NCBI GenBank assembly: GCA_028696075.1
Contig: JAQVHS010000007.1
Span: forward strand, 26,603 to 90,602
Length of the DNA: 64,000 bases
Source: Candidatus Gastranaerophilales bacterium
GTDB lineage: Bacteria > Cyanobacteriota > Vampirovibrionia > Gastranaerophilales > JAILCC01
Reading direction: 5' to 3'
Part shown: positions 42,978 through 52,862 of the stretch, one piece after another
Position numbering within the stretch: the first letter of the stretch is position 1
Layout of the letters: the number at the start of each line of letters is the position of its first letter
Translations under genes and position numbers: made by a program
The notes under the pieces: model-generated
Told to the model about the DNA's origin: nothing
Database searches by the model: none
Seen by the model: only the letters and a program-made list of their open reading frames with translations

Positions 42978-44607
42978 TTAGCGCCTCGCTTTGTATTTCT
43001 TTAAGCCACAATCTTTCTTGCTCTGTCAAATCTTCAAATATTATAAGCCTTTCATCAAAAGGCAGACGGTTAAGAGAAGTTATTTTTATTTTGCCGTCTT
43101 TAGCTTCCGTATAAACTGTGTTTTCAAGCCTTACTCCGCCTGTATTTTCTGCATATAACCCGGGTTCTATGGTAAACACTTGGTCAGGCAGGACTTTTTG
43201 TTTGGAAAGCTCTGACGGTGCAAGAATGGGCGGATGCTCATGGACATTTATACCAACCCCATGACCTGTTGAGTGATTGAAGCTGAAATCCTCAAGGTTT
43301 ACGCTGTTAATTATACTGCGGGCTTTTGCATCAAGGTCAAAATATGTGGTTTCATCCGTTATATCATGGTTTAAGGTATTCAAAAAAGCCCTCAAAACAG
43401 TTGTATAAGCTTTTTTTATTACAGGGTTAAAGTTTATTCCTTCACCTGCAATAAAAGTCCTTGTCATATCAGTGGCATATCCGCCTGCAAAATATACCCC
43501 AAAGTCCAAAAGCACTAAATCTCCGTTTTTAATTACTTGTTGATTATCAAATTCAGTACAGTGAATAACCGCGCTTTGTTCATTAATTGCCAAAATCGGC
43601 TTAAAACTCAAGGCGGTAATTCCTTCTTTTTTGCATAATGTTATTAAAATATTTAAAAATTCGCCGAGGGTAACGGTTTGATTATTGACGAGCGACTGAC
43701 AAAGCTCTTTTTGCGCTGATATTATAGCTTTGTCGGTTTTTTGATAACAGTCTTTTATATAGCTTAATTCGTCGGGATTTTTAAAAGATTTCATAACGGC
43801 TACAGGTGATTGTTTGATTGGAACTAATTCTGCCCCGATTTTTTCCAGCATATTAAAAATAGCTCTTGACGTAGCTTTAGGGTTATAAAGTATTGTTTTT
43901 ATTTCATCTTTTAAATCAGCAATATTTTCTTCAAAGTCTTTTAAGCTGTAAGTCAAATGCAGTTTGTTATTAACTATAATTCCGTAAGCATCAAAACTCG
44001 ATGAAAACTCATTCTGAAAAGAACGTTTGTTTGAAATATAAGCTATATCATCCAAACAACTGCAAAGCAAAGCTTTGCCCTCATCAAGTTTAAGCTTTTT
44101 GATTTTTGCTTCGCTGTTCAGTCCGCATATTTCAACGGGTATGTCTTTGGTATCAAGTATCTGTATTTCCGTACGGGTAGAAGGTAGTTCCGTAAATTGA
44201 GGATTTATCTCGTCAAGATTTTCTTTAAGTTTATCAAAGTATTCACAGCTTATTTTAGCGCTGTCAAAAGCAATTTTAGGTGATTTAATATTTTTTGACT
44301 TTATTATGTCTATAATTTTTAAGTCCTGATATTCGCCTATAGATAGTTTGACAACGGTGATTTTTGATAAATCCGCCTGTTTATCGGCTTGAATATAATA
44401 CCTGCCGTCTACGAATAAAAACGCTTCATCCCCGGTTATGAGCATATTGCCTGATGTACCGCTAAAACCTGATAGTAAATACCTTGCATTAATATTCAGG
44501 TTGGAGGTTTCTCTCAAAAATTCATCACATGAAAAAACCAGACAAAAATCGATAGCGTTTGTTTTCAGGTTGTTTTGCAGTTTTTTTAAATTGTCGTTGA
44601 AATTCAT
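42970..44607 (-). CDS. M24-family Xaa-Pro aminopeptidase
   Basis: A creatinase-like N-terminal domain precedes the M24 metal-ligand motifs DFGVYFAGGYATDMTRT, HSTGHGVGINVHEHP and FTIEPGLY. Confidence 0.9.
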   Translation of the reverse strand: MNFNDNLKKLQNNLKTNAIDFCLVFSCDEFLRETSNLNINARYLLSGFSGTSGNMLITGDEAFLFVDGRYYIQADKQADLSKITVVKLSIGEYQDLKIIDIIKSKNIKSPKIAFDSAKISCEYFDKLKENLDEINPQFTELPSTRTEIQILDTKDIPVEICGLNSEAKIKKLKLDEGKALLCSCLDDIAYISNKRSFQNEFSSSFDAYGIIVNNKLHLTYSLKDFEENIADLKDEIKTILYNPKATSRAIFNMLEKIGAELVPIKQSPVAVMKSFKNPDELSYIKDCYQKTDKAIISAQKELCQSLVNNQTVTLGEFLNILITLCKKEGITALSFKPILAINEQSAVIHCTEFDNQQVIKNGDLVLLDFGVYFAGGYATDMTRTFIAGEGINFNPVIKKAYTTVLRAFLNTLNHDITDETTYFDLDAKARSIINSVNLEDFSFNHSTGHGVGINVHEHPPILAPSELSKQKVLPDQVFTIEPGLYAENTGGVRLENTVYTEAKDGKIKITSLNRLPFDERLIIFEDLTEQERLWLKEIQSEALNG

Positions 44608-44633
44608 TCTTAAATTTTAGCATACAATAATAA

Positions 44634-44681
44634 AGCATAAAAGCCCGTGAGAAAGCTTTGATTTTCAGCTTTGCACGGGCT
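44634..44681 (-). terminator. Intrinsic terminator after rpsA
   Basis: On the minus strand the outer stem is AGCCCGTG/CACGGGCT and the inner stem is AAAGCT/AGCTTT. The hairpin is followed by TTTATGCTTT. Confidence 0.55.
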
Positions 44682-44702
44682 CTCCTCTGATTTTATCTTG
44701 AA

Positions 44703-45836
44703 CTAATTTTCTTCAAAAGTTGCGCGGGCTTCAGATTCGGGAATATACTTTCCCGCTTTAGCCTTTTCAACATCTTTAAAGCTTAATCCGATTCTGTGTT
44801 CTTGCGGAGTGAAACGTTTGATTAGCACTTCAATTTCATCTCCGACATTTAAGACGTTGTAAGGGTTAATTTGTCCTTCGCCCATTTCAGCGGCGGGAAG
44901 CAATGCTTCCACTCCGGGGAAAATATTGATAAACGCACCGAAAGAGGTGATTTTATTAACTTGCCCGGGAACAACCTGACCTTCCTTAAATTGACCTTCG
45001 ATTTTTGTCCAGGGATTTTCGCCCATTCTTTTTAAAGAAAGGCTTATTCTGTTTAATTCATTATCAATTTTTAGGATGATAACTTTAATAGATTGACCCA
45101 ATTGAAGGACATCCGAAGGATGTTTAATTCTCTGCCATGAAATTTCAGAGATGGGAAGTAATCCGTCAACACCATTGATGTCAATAAAAGCACCGAAGTC
45201 TGCTATTCTGACAACTTGTCCTTCAACTTCCTGCTCAACTTCAAGCTGGTTGATAACATCTTCGACGATTTGTTCTCTTTGTTCAGCCAGCGCCAGTCTT
45301 TGGCTTAATATAAGTTTGTTCTTCTTGGGATCAGCTTCAATTACTTTAACATCGATAGTTTTACCGATAAGACCTTCAAACGGTGTACCTGTTCTTAACT
45401 GGCTTGAGGGAACAAACCCTCTTAAGTCCATAACATCTACTACAACACCGCCTTTAACCAATGAAGAAATCTCAGCCGTGATAGTTTCGTTGCTTTGTCT
45501 GATTTCATCAAGACGCGTCCAGTTTTGAGCCAATGAAACTCTTTTTAATGAAAGGGTTATAATCCCTTCTTCATTTTCCTCTTTTAGGATTAAAAAATCT
45601 CTTTCATCTCCCACTTGAAGTTTATTTTCACCTTCAAAGTCGTTTTTTGAAACTTCTCTAAACGGTAAAAGCGCTTCTGATTTAGCGCCGATATCGACTA
45701 AAATTTCCGCTTTATCAAATTTAACTATTGTTCCTTTAACAACATCGGCTACTTTAAATGAATAGCTTGGTGAGTTCAAAAATAATTTTTCAAATTCGCT
45801 CATTTGCGCCTCATTTTTTTCCAGCATTTTTGTCAT
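44703..45836 (-). CDS. rpsA: 30S ribosomal protein S1 (four S1 domains)
   Basis: S1 OB-fold signatures repeat: GTIVKFDKAEILVDIG, VKGGVVVDV, GQVVRIADFGAFIDI and GQVNKITSFGAFINI. Confidence 0.9.
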   Translation of the reverse strand: MTKMLEKNEAQMSEFEKLFLNSPSYSFKVADVVKGTIVKFDKAEILVDIGAKSEALLPFREVSKNDFEGENKLQVGDERDFLILKEENEEGIITLSLKRVSLAQNWTRLDEIRQSNETITAEISSLVKGGVVVDVMDLRGFVPSSQLRTGTPFEGLIGKTIDVKVIEADPKKNKLILSQRLALAEQREQIVEDVINQLEVEQEVEGQVVRIADFGAFIDINGVDGLLPISEISWQRIKHPSDVLQLGQSIKVIILKIDNELNRISLSLKRMGENPWTKIEGQFKEGQVVPGQVNKITSFGAFINIFPGVEALLPAAEMGEGQINPYNVLNVGDEIEVLIKRFTPQEHRIGLSFKDVEKAKAGKYIPESEARATFEEN

Positions 45837-45837
45837 T

Positions 45838-46821
45838 TTATTCTCCTTTCAATTGTATAAAATTTATGACTTTGTTAATGATATCTTCGGGGGTGGATGC
45901 CCCTGCTGTTATTCCGATTTTATCAGCATTTTTTATCATATCGGAATATTGTTCAAGCTCTTGCTCGTTTTCTACAAGAATAGTGTTTGTAATTTCACAT
46001 AATATTTCGCTCAAGTGGGAAGTATTTGCACTGGATTTGCTCCCTACTACAACCATTAAATCTACTTCCTGCGCCATGTTTTTGGCCTCGGTTTGTCTGT
46101 TTGAAGTGGTTTTGCAAATAGTATTAAATACCCTTAATTCTTTTGCATGTTCCGCTACTATGGGAAGGATTTTTTGCAGGTTTTCTGTTTTTTGGGTTGT
46201 TTGAATTACTATCCCTATTTTTTTTGCGGATTTGATTTTGTCTATATTCTCCAGGGCTTCTTGTTCAGTAGCCAATACTAACGCTTCTTCCTTCGTATTT
46301 TCTTCCGCGTGGGCTTTTATCCCTACAACTTCAGGGTGGTCGGATTTACCTATTATTATCAGTTTGTACCCTTCCTGAATGAGGGATTTGGCTTTTTCCT
46401 GTACTTTTTTAACATCAAGACACGTAGTATCAAGGATTTCACAGCCTTTTTCCTTTATCCGTTTAATATCCTGAGGAGTAGCACCATGTGTACGAATTAT
46501 GCAGATGGAATTTTGACCGTCCTGAATTTCATCTATGTTAGTTATGGTGATAATTCCCAGGTTTGTCAGTTGATTAATAACCTGATTATTATGAATAAGT
46601 TCGCCAAATATATAAACTTTTGTTTCGGGATTTTTATCTTTGATATCAAGAGTTAAGTCTACTGCCCTTTTTACTCCGTAACAAAATCCTGCCAAATTTG
46701 CTTTTTTAATAGTTTTTTTTATAGCGTCCAGAAAAATCGCCTCTGTTTCATTGGATTTAAGCCTGAAAGGCTCATAAATAAAGTATTGCATAAAATAATT
46801 AAAAAGCAATATTCTCACCAA
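45838..46821 (-). CDS. ispH: 4-hydroxy-3-methylbut-2-enyl diphosphate reductase
   Basis: Motifs GFCYGVKRAV, HNNQV, IRTHG, TCLDVKKV, NTICKTTSNRQ and VVVGSKSSANTSHL are present. The start is uncertain (GTG 46821 or ATG 46792). The gene is directly upstream of rpsA. Confidence 0.9.
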   Translation of the reverse strand: MVRILLFNYFMQYFIYEPFRLKSNETEAIFLDAIKKTIKKANLAGFCYGVKRAVDLTLDIKDKNPETKVYIFGELIHNNQVINQLTNLGIITITNIDEIQDGQNSICIIRTHGATPQDIKRIKEKGCEILDTTCLDVKKVQEKAKSLIQEGYKLIIIGKSDHPEVVGIKAHAEENTKEEALVLATEQEALENIDKIKSAKKIGIVIQTTQKTENLQKILPIVAEHAKELRVFNTICKTTSNRQTEAKNMAQEVDLMVVVGSKSSANTSHLSEILCEITNTILVENEQELEQYSDMIKNADKIGITAGASTPEDIINKVINFIQLKGE

Positions 46822-46908
46822 CCCTCAATTGAAATGTATATTTATTGTTATTATCATTAAAATTTATAATACTATCTGATATAATATTGCTGTTAGGATA
46901 ATGTAATA

Positions 46909-48357
46909 ATGATAAAAAATAATAGAATACTCGATACAGTAATAATTGCGCTCTGCTTTATATTTATATCAACTGCCGTTAAGGCTATTGATGGTGAAAT
47001 TATCACTTATTCAATTGACGATTGTATAGAAATAGCAATTAAAAATGACCCTAACCTAAAGATTACAACAAACAAACATCAGGCAGCTAAAAGTCAGGTA
47101 GGTCAGGCAAAGTCTGATTATTTTCCTGCGCTTACGGGTACAAGCGGTTACACTTTTGAAAATTCCGCAAATTCAGCCAACAATAATAATTTTTCAAATT
47201 TGTCATCAAACGGGAATTCCTACTATACGGTTAATTTAGGGGTAAATCAGCTGGTTTGGAACTTCGGAAAAACAATTGCAAAAATCAACATGAAAAAATA
47301 TAACTATGAAGCTACCGGGTATGATGTTGATTATGCGCTTTTAACCACTATTTATAAAGTTAAAATAGCCTACTATAAGGTTTTGGCGGCAAAAGCAAAT
47401 TATGATGTCTTTTATCGTTCGGTAAATATTAACAGACTGCAGTACGAGCGGGCGAGTACGCTATTTGAAGAGGGGTTAAAATCAAAAATAGACGTCGTTA
47501 ATTCGGAAGTTTACCTGACGGATGCCGAAATAAAACTCATAAGTGCCGAAAATACTTATAAAACAGCTTTAATTGAGCTGAACAATGCAATGTACTACAC
47601 AAATGCTCCTACTTACGGGATTAAAAATACAGAGAGCTTTAATTTTCATAAAGCTCAGCCTGTTACTAACGAAATAAATATCGCTTTTAAAGACAAAAAA
47701 GACGACATTGCCCAAGCTGCCGTTCTGACTTCCCATATAGAAAAGAATAATATTCTGCAAAATTTTGAATTCAGCCCTTTTGAAATTTCTATGGACGATG
47801 CGATTAAGAAGGCGGAAGAAAACAGGCCTGATTTGCATTCTCTCCTTCTTGTTGAAAAAGCGCAGGAAGAGGCTTTGAAAGCTTTAAAACTTGCCTATAT
47901 GCCTGATATTAAGCTTAGTGCGGGCTATAATTTCAGGCATTTAAACAGCGCAAATAATAATGCTTTCAATGCAGCATTGGGGTTAAACTTCCCTACCGTT
48001 AATATTATGGATATAAAGTGCAAAATCGAAGAAGGCGAATCATACCTTGATATGGCGGTTAATAACATCGATTTGGCTAAGAAAAATATATATTTTGAGG
48101 TTCAAAATAACTATGTAAATATGGTTCAAACCCAAAAGAGAATACCGCTTCTTGCTCAAAAAGTCGCTCAAACCCTTGAGAATTTTGAGCTTGCAGACGG
48201 CAGATACACAGTGGGCTTGGGGAATTTTATAGAGCTTCAGGACGCGCAAACAAACTACAACAACGCACAGCTTGCTTATGTACAGGCTGTTTTTGACTAT
48301 AATGTATCAAAAGTTCAGCTTGAAAAATCAATGGGGGTCAAATGGATAAAAAATTAA
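46909..48357 (+). CDS. TolC-family outer-membrane efflux protein
   Basis: The protein has a signal peptide and the two-fold repeated OEP architecture (coiled-coil/beta segments, with LTD.E..L and L..A..NY motifs). It is the first gene of the efflux operon. Confidence 0.85.
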   Translation: MIKNNRILDTVIIALCFIFISTAVKAIDGEIITYSIDDCIEIAIKNDPNLKITTNKHQAAKSQVGQAKSDYFPALTGTSGYTFENSANSANNNNFSNLSSNGNSYYTVNLGVNQLVWNFGKTIAKINMKKYNYEATGYDVDYALLTTIYKVKIAYYKVLAAKANYDVFYRSVNINRLQYERASTLFEEGLKSKIDVVNSEVYLTDAEIKLISAENTYKTALIELNNAMYYTNAPTYGIKNTESFNFHKAQPVTNEINIAFKDKKDDIAQAAVLTSHIEKNNILQNFEFSPFEISMDDAIKKAEENRPDLHSLLLVEKAQEEALKALKLAYMPDIKLSAGYNFRHLNSANNNAFNAALGLNFPTVNIMDIKCKIEEGESYLDMAVNNIDLAKKNIYFEVQNNYVNMVQTQKRIPLLAQKVAQTLENFELADGRYTVGLGNFIELQDAQTNYNNAQLAYVQAVFDYNVSKVQLEKSMGVKWIKN

Positions 48358-49505
48358 AAATAATCATCATACTTATTGCTGTTATTTTAACAGCCGCAGG
48401 CTTGTTTTTTGCACTAAAGGCTAAAAACACCGTAATTTATGAAACAGAGCCGATAAAAAGATGTACAATAACTGAAACTGTAGAAGCATCCGGCACAATT
48501 AATCCCGTTAATACCGTTGATATAGGCGCGGGGACCTCGGGGCTTATTACCGATATTTATGTTGATTATAATTCCAAAGTTAAAAAAAACCAGGTGCTTG
48601 CACAAATTGACCCCTCTATTCCCCAAGCCCAGGTAGACAAAGCCCAAAATGACCTTAATTCGGCAAGGGCAAATTACCAAAAAACAAAAAGTCTGCTGAA
48701 TTTTGAAAAGAAGAATTATGACCGTTATAAAAAGCTTTATGCCAAAAATTACGTTTCAAAAAGCGACCTTGACTTAGCGGAAGCCAACTATTTTGCCAAA
48801 CTGGCAGAGTTAAATTCAATGCAGGCAATAATTCAACAGAATGCGGCTTCTTTGCAGACAGGGCTTACCAATTTGAGGTACACGAAAATAATTTCGCCTG
48901 TAGACGGTACAGTAGTATCAAGAAGCGTAGATGTAGGACAAATGGTTGTATCCAGCTTTCAAACGCCTACCTTGTTTCTGGTAGCACAGGATTTGACGGA
49001 AATGCAAATAGAAGTTAATGTTTCAGAAGCTGATATAGGCAAGGTTCATGTCGGTCAAGAGGTTGAATATACTCTTGACGGTTATCCCGACTTGATTTTA
49101 AAAGGTGAAGTTTCACAGGTCAGAATTTCGCCTACAACGGTTTCTAATGTTGTAACCTACAACGTTATTGTGCTGGTAGACAACGAATCCCAGCAGATAA
49201 AACCCGGCATGAGCGCTAATGTTTCCATCATAACGGCAAAAAGCGAGAATGTTCTTTGCGCTCCTCTTGCAGCGCTGCGGTTTTCTCCCACTGAAATTAC
49301 AGGCGGTCAAAAATTTGAACAGCAGGGATTATGGCTGCTAAAGGATAAAAAACCCGAGCGTGTGGGTATTAAAACAGGCGCTAAAAACAGCAGTGAAACC
49401 GAAATTATTTCTAAAGATATTAAAGAAAACGATGAAGTTATAACGAGCAGGAAGGGTGATAAAGGGAAAAATTCAATGCCCAAACCACCTATGAGGATGT
49501 TCTAA
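48342..49505 (+). CDS. Efflux periplasmic adaptor (HlyD/MacA-type MFP)
   Basis: An N-terminal anchor is followed by lipoyl/barrel motifs (GLITDIYVDYNSKVKKNQVLAQID; ISPVDGTVVSRSVDVGQMV) and a coiled-coil hairpin. The gene overlaps the tolC-like gene by 16 nt. Confidence 0.85.
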   Translation: MDKKLKIIIILIAVILTAAGLFFALKAKNTVIYETEPIKRCTITETVEASGTINPVNTVDIGAGTSGLITDIYVDYNSKVKKNQVLAQIDPSIPQAQVDKAQNDLNSARANYQKTKSLLNFEKKNYDRYKKLYAKNYVSKSDLDLAEANYFAKLAELNSMQAIIQQNAASLQTGLTNLRYTKIISPVDGTVVSRSVDVGQMVVSSFQTPTLFLVAQDLTEMQIEVNVSEADIGKVHVGQEVEYTLDGYPDLILKGEVSQVRISPTTVSNVVTYNVIVLVDNESQQIKPGMSANVSIITAKSENVLCAPLAALRFSPTEITGGQKFEQQGLWLLKDKKPERVGIKTGAKNSSETEIISKDIKENDEVITSRKGDKGKNSMPKPPMRMF

Positions 49506-49506
49506 A

Positions 49507-50199
49507 GTGAATTTAATAACCATAAAAAACCTTGTAAAGACTTATTTTTCCGGTGATACTTCGTTTAATGCTTTGGATGATGTGACTTTGTCCATTGATA
49601 ACGGTGAATTTGTAGCTATTATGGGTCCGTCGGGTTCAGGCAAATCAACTTTTATGAATATGCTTGGCTGCCTTGATAAACCAACCTCCGGGACTTATCT
49701 GCTGGACGGTATTGATGTCAAAACCCTAAACAGCGATGAACTTTCCGAGATTAGAAATTTAAAGCTCGGGTTTGTTTTCCAGGGGTTTAACCTTATATCA
49801 AGGACAACTGCACTCGAAAATGTGGAAATGCCAATGATTTACAAAGGTGTAGCGCATTTAGAGCGGTTAAAAAGAGCAAAAGAAGCGCTCAAAACCGTAG
49901 GGCTTGAAAACAGGGCAAACCATATGCCTAACCAAATGTCCGGCGGGCAGCAGCAAAGAGTCGCCATAGCGCGGGCGATTGTTAACGATGCGCCTGTGAT
50001 TTTAGCGGATGAACCTACAGGAAATTTGGATACAAAAACAAGCGAAGAGGTTATGGAGTTTTTTGTTAAATTAAACGAAGAAGCAGGCAGAACAATTATT
50101 CTTGTTACCCATGAAAATGATATTGCACAATATGCCAAAAGGATAGTAAGGTTCAAAGACGGTAAAATTGTAGCAGATGAGGTGAAAGCAAGATGCTAG
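49507..50199 (+). CDS. MacB/LolD-type ABC transporter ATP-binding protein
   Basis: Walker A is GPSGSGKST, the signature motif is MSGGQQQRVAIARA, and Walker B is ILADEPTGNLD. The start codon is GTG. Confidence 0.9.
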   Translation: MNLITIKNLVKTYFSGDTSFNALDDVTLSIDNGEFVAIMGPSGSGKSTFMNMLGCLDKPTSGTYLLDGIDVKTLNSDELSEIRNLKLGFVFQGFNLISRTTALENVEMPMIYKGVAHLERLKRAKEALKTVGLENRANHMPNQMSGGQQQRVAIARAIVNDAPVILADEPTGNLDTKTSEEVMEFFVKLNEEAGRTIILVTHENDIAQYAKRIVRFKDGKIVADEVKARC

Positions 50200-51422
50200 A
50201 CTTTACTTCAACATTTAAAATCTCGCTCCGTTCGCTAAAAGTTAACAAAATGCGCTCGATTTTGACAAGTTTAGGTATAATCATCGGTGTAAGCGCCGTT
50301 ATTATAATGCTTTCCATCGGAGAAGGAGCAAAACAGCGGATTGCTAAACAGATAGAATCAACAGGCTCTAACCTTCTTATGATAGCCCCGGGTTCGACCA
50401 CTTCAAGCGGGGTTAGAATGGGAAGCGGCTCGCAATCAACTTTGACGGATAAAGACGCGGAAGCAATTTTAAAAAACTGTCCGTCGGTTGCCCACGTTGC
50501 GCCTATTGTAAATGAAGTCAAGCAGCTTGTTTACGGCAGCCAAAACTGGTCCACTGCCGTTTACGGGATTACACCTTCATATATGACGGTAAGACTTTGG
50601 CATATAGAGCAGGGGAAGGGTATTTCAGAAGAAGATGTTAAAAATTCTTCTAAAGTTGTTGTCTTAGGCTCAAGTGTTGCGCTGAACCTGTTTGGGGATT
50701 TAAACCCTATAAATAAAACAATCCGTATAGCCGGTATGCCCTTTAAAGTTACAGGCATTTTGGAAACAAAAGGTCAGTCAGGTATGGGGCATGATCAAGA
50801 TGATTTGGTGATGATTCCTCTCACTACCGCGCAGAAAAAGCTCTTTGGCGTGAGCTTCCCGGGGATGGTAAAATTTATTAATATTCAGGCTGTGGATGCT
50901 GATTCTTTAAACCCGGCTGAAGAAGAAATAAAAATATTACTCAGAGAACGGCATAATTTAGGAAAGAACAAAGAAGACGACTTTAGCATTCGTAATTTTA
51001 CCCAAATGATGGAAATGGCAAAAGCGGCGTCTAATACAATGGCATTACTTTTAGGCGCTATAGCTTCGGTTTCGCTTTTAGTCGGAGGTATCGGCATTAT
51101 GAACATAATGCTTGTATCTGTTACAGAGCGGACAAGAGAAATCGGAATAAGAATGGCAATAGGTGCCAAGGCGCTTGATATAAGATTTCAATTTTTGTTT
51201 GAAGCTCTTATGTTATCTCTTTCGGGCGGATTTTTGGGCGTGCTGCTCGGTGTAGGTATTGCTTATTTGATAGGTTCTTTTAGCGAAATGAGCGTCATAA
51301 TATCAGCATTTTCTATCGTCATTTCTTTTGGTTTTTCCGGGATTATAGGTGTTTTATTCGGATTTTATCCCGCCTATAAGGCTTCTTTGCTAAACCCTAT
51401 AGACGCACTTCGTTATGAATAA
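50193..51422 (+). CDS. MacB/FtsX-type ABC transporter permease
   Basis: The N-terminal TM helix is followed by a large periplasmic MacB_PCD-like domain. The C-terminal FtsX helices include SLLVGGIGIMNIMLVSVTERTREIGIRMAIGA. The gene overlaps the ATPase gene by 7 nt. Confidence 0.9.
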   Translation: MLDFTSTFKISLRSLKVNKMRSILTSLGIIIGVSAVIIMLSIGEGAKQRIAKQIESTGSNLLMIAPGSTTSSGVRMGSGSQSTLTDKDAEAILKNCPSVAHVAPIVNEVKQLVYGSQNWSTAVYGITPSYMTVRLWHIEQGKGISEEDVKNSSKVVVLGSSVALNLFGDLNPINKTIRIAGMPFKVTGILETKGQSGMGHDQDDLVMIPLTTAQKKLFGVSFPGMVKFINIQAVDADSLNPAEEEIKILLRERHNLGKNKEDDFSIRNFTQMMEMAKAASNTMALLLGAIASVSLLVGGIGIMNIMLVSVTERTREIGIRMAIGAKALDIRFQFLFEALMLSLSGGFLGVLLGVGIAYLIGSFSEMSVIISAFSIVISFGFSGIIGVLFGFYPAYKASLLNPIDALRYE

Positions 51423-51428
51423 TACAGC

Positions 51429-51641
51429 TCAATCTAATAAAAGTTTGTATGGTTCTATATCTAAAGTCTTTGCAATCAAAATCAATCTTTTTAAACTTGG
51501 AATACATTTACCCCTCTCAATTTCAGAAAGATAATCACTTGAAATTCCAGCCATTTCACTTAACCTATCCTGCGTTAATCCCTTTTGTAAACGGTATTTC
51601 TTTATATTTTGTTGTATCGTAAAAATCGTGTTATTTGTCAT
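51429..51641 (-). CDS. XRE-family helix-turn-helix transcriptional regulator
   Basis: The 70-aa protein has an HTH_3 pattern: KGLTQDRLSEMAGISSDYLSEIERGK. Confidence 0.8.
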   Translation of the reverse strand: MTNNTIFTIQQNIKKYRLQKGLTQDRLSEMAGISSDYLSEIERGKCIPSLKRLILIAKTLDIEPYKLLLD

Positions 51642-51697
51642 AGTTTTATTCTATTGATAATATATAATGGGTTTAACAGGGTAATAACACGATTATA

Positions 51698-52849
51698 TTA
51701 GCTATAAATAAGTATTTCGGAAAGTTCTACTATATCGTTTTCATTGACTTGCGTTGTTAAAGAAATCCTCAATCTTGAAGAATTTTCTTTAACACTGGGC
51801 GGTCTTACAGGCAATACAAAAAATCCTTTTGTCTGCAAATATTCCGCGGTTTCCAATGCTAACGAGCTTTTGCCCAAAATCACAGGTACAATTTGAGATG
51901 AACCTAATGTATTAAAACCGTTGTTTATTAAATTATCTCTTAACCTATCGGCATTTTGCAGCATAGCAGTCCTTTGCTCCAGCGTATTTGGCAGAATATT
52001 CTTTATTACCCAAAGGCTAAAAGCTATGTTCATAGGCGGCAGAGCGGTAGAAAATATAAAAGAACGTGCAGTATTTATCAAATAATCAATGATTGCGGTA
52101 TCTGACACGATAAACGCACCCATTGAACCTATTGCCTTGCCAAAAGTTGCTATTATAATATCGATTTTATCAATTAAGCCGTCCTGCTCCGCTATTCCAA
52201 GTGCGTTTGGACCGAAAACTCCGAATGCGTGGGCTTCATCTAGTATAATTTTGGCGCTGTATTTTTCCTTTAATTCGCACAATTTTTTTAAATCCGCTAT
52301 ATCACCATCCATACTAAAGACGGACTCTGATACTATATAGATGTTTTTGTATTTGGGAGAATATTTTTTTAAAAGCTCTTCAAGCTGCTCATAATCCAAA
52401 TGGTTATACCTTGCAAAATTTGCCTTATTGAGCTTTAAGCCGTCAAGCATACTGGCATGAACAAGTTTGTCTGCCAAAAACATTGTATCAGAGTTGCTTA
52501 AAGCGCTTATCAGCCCTAAATTAGCTTGATACCCCGTGTTAAACAAGAGAGCTTTTTGCTTGTTATAAAGCCCTGCCACTGTGCGTTCCAGCTCATCATA
52601 AACGGGCAGATTAGCGCTCAACAGTCTTGCCGAAGCGCTGCCAAGTGAATAAAGTTCATCCTGTGATTTTAAAAATTCTTTTAAATTTTTTTGATTATCT
52701 GCCACCCCAAGATAGTTGTTGGAAGAGAGGTTTAAGAGTTTTTTACCGTTTAAAAAGACAAACTTCTCATCTTTTGCAGTGATGTTTTTTATACTGCGAA
52801 AGCAATCATTTTCTTTAATTTTATAAAGCTTTTCTTCAAAATAATCCAT
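51698..52849 (-). CDS. 8-amino-7-oxononanoate synthase-like PLP-dependent acyltransferase (BioF/Kbl/Spt/CqsA superfamily)
   Basis: Motifs GSASARLLS, GYQANLGLISAL, SVFSMDGDIA, DEAHAFG and the PLP lysine in ATFGKAIG are present. No other bio gene is in the window, so the substrate is not assigned. Confidence 0.8.
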   Translation of the reverse strand: MDYFEEKLYKIKENDCFRSIKNITAKDEKFVFLNGKKLLNLSSNNYLGVADNQKNLKEFLKSQDELYSLGSASARLLSANLPVYDELERTVAGLYNKQKALLFNTGYQANLGLISALSNSDTMFLADKLVHASMLDGLKLNKANFARYNHLDYEQLEELLKKYSPKYKNIYIVSESVFSMDGDIADLKKLCELKEKYSAKIILDEAHAFGVFGPNALGIAEQDGLIDKIDIIIATFGKAIGSMGAFIVSDTAIIDYLINTARSFIFSTALPPMNIAFSLWVIKNILPNTLEQRTAMLQNADRLRDNLINNGFNTLGSSQIVPVILGKSSLALETAEYLQTKGFFVLPVRPPSVKENSSRLRISLTTQVNENDIVELSEILIYS

Positions 52850-52862
52850 AAATCAGCCGTTT

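Noticed and set aside
45151-46656. Plus-strand ORFs at 45151-45528, 45758-46204 and 46309-46656.
   Set aside because: They are antisense to rpsA and ispH, both of which carry strong family motifs. The translations are low-complexity and lack start signals.
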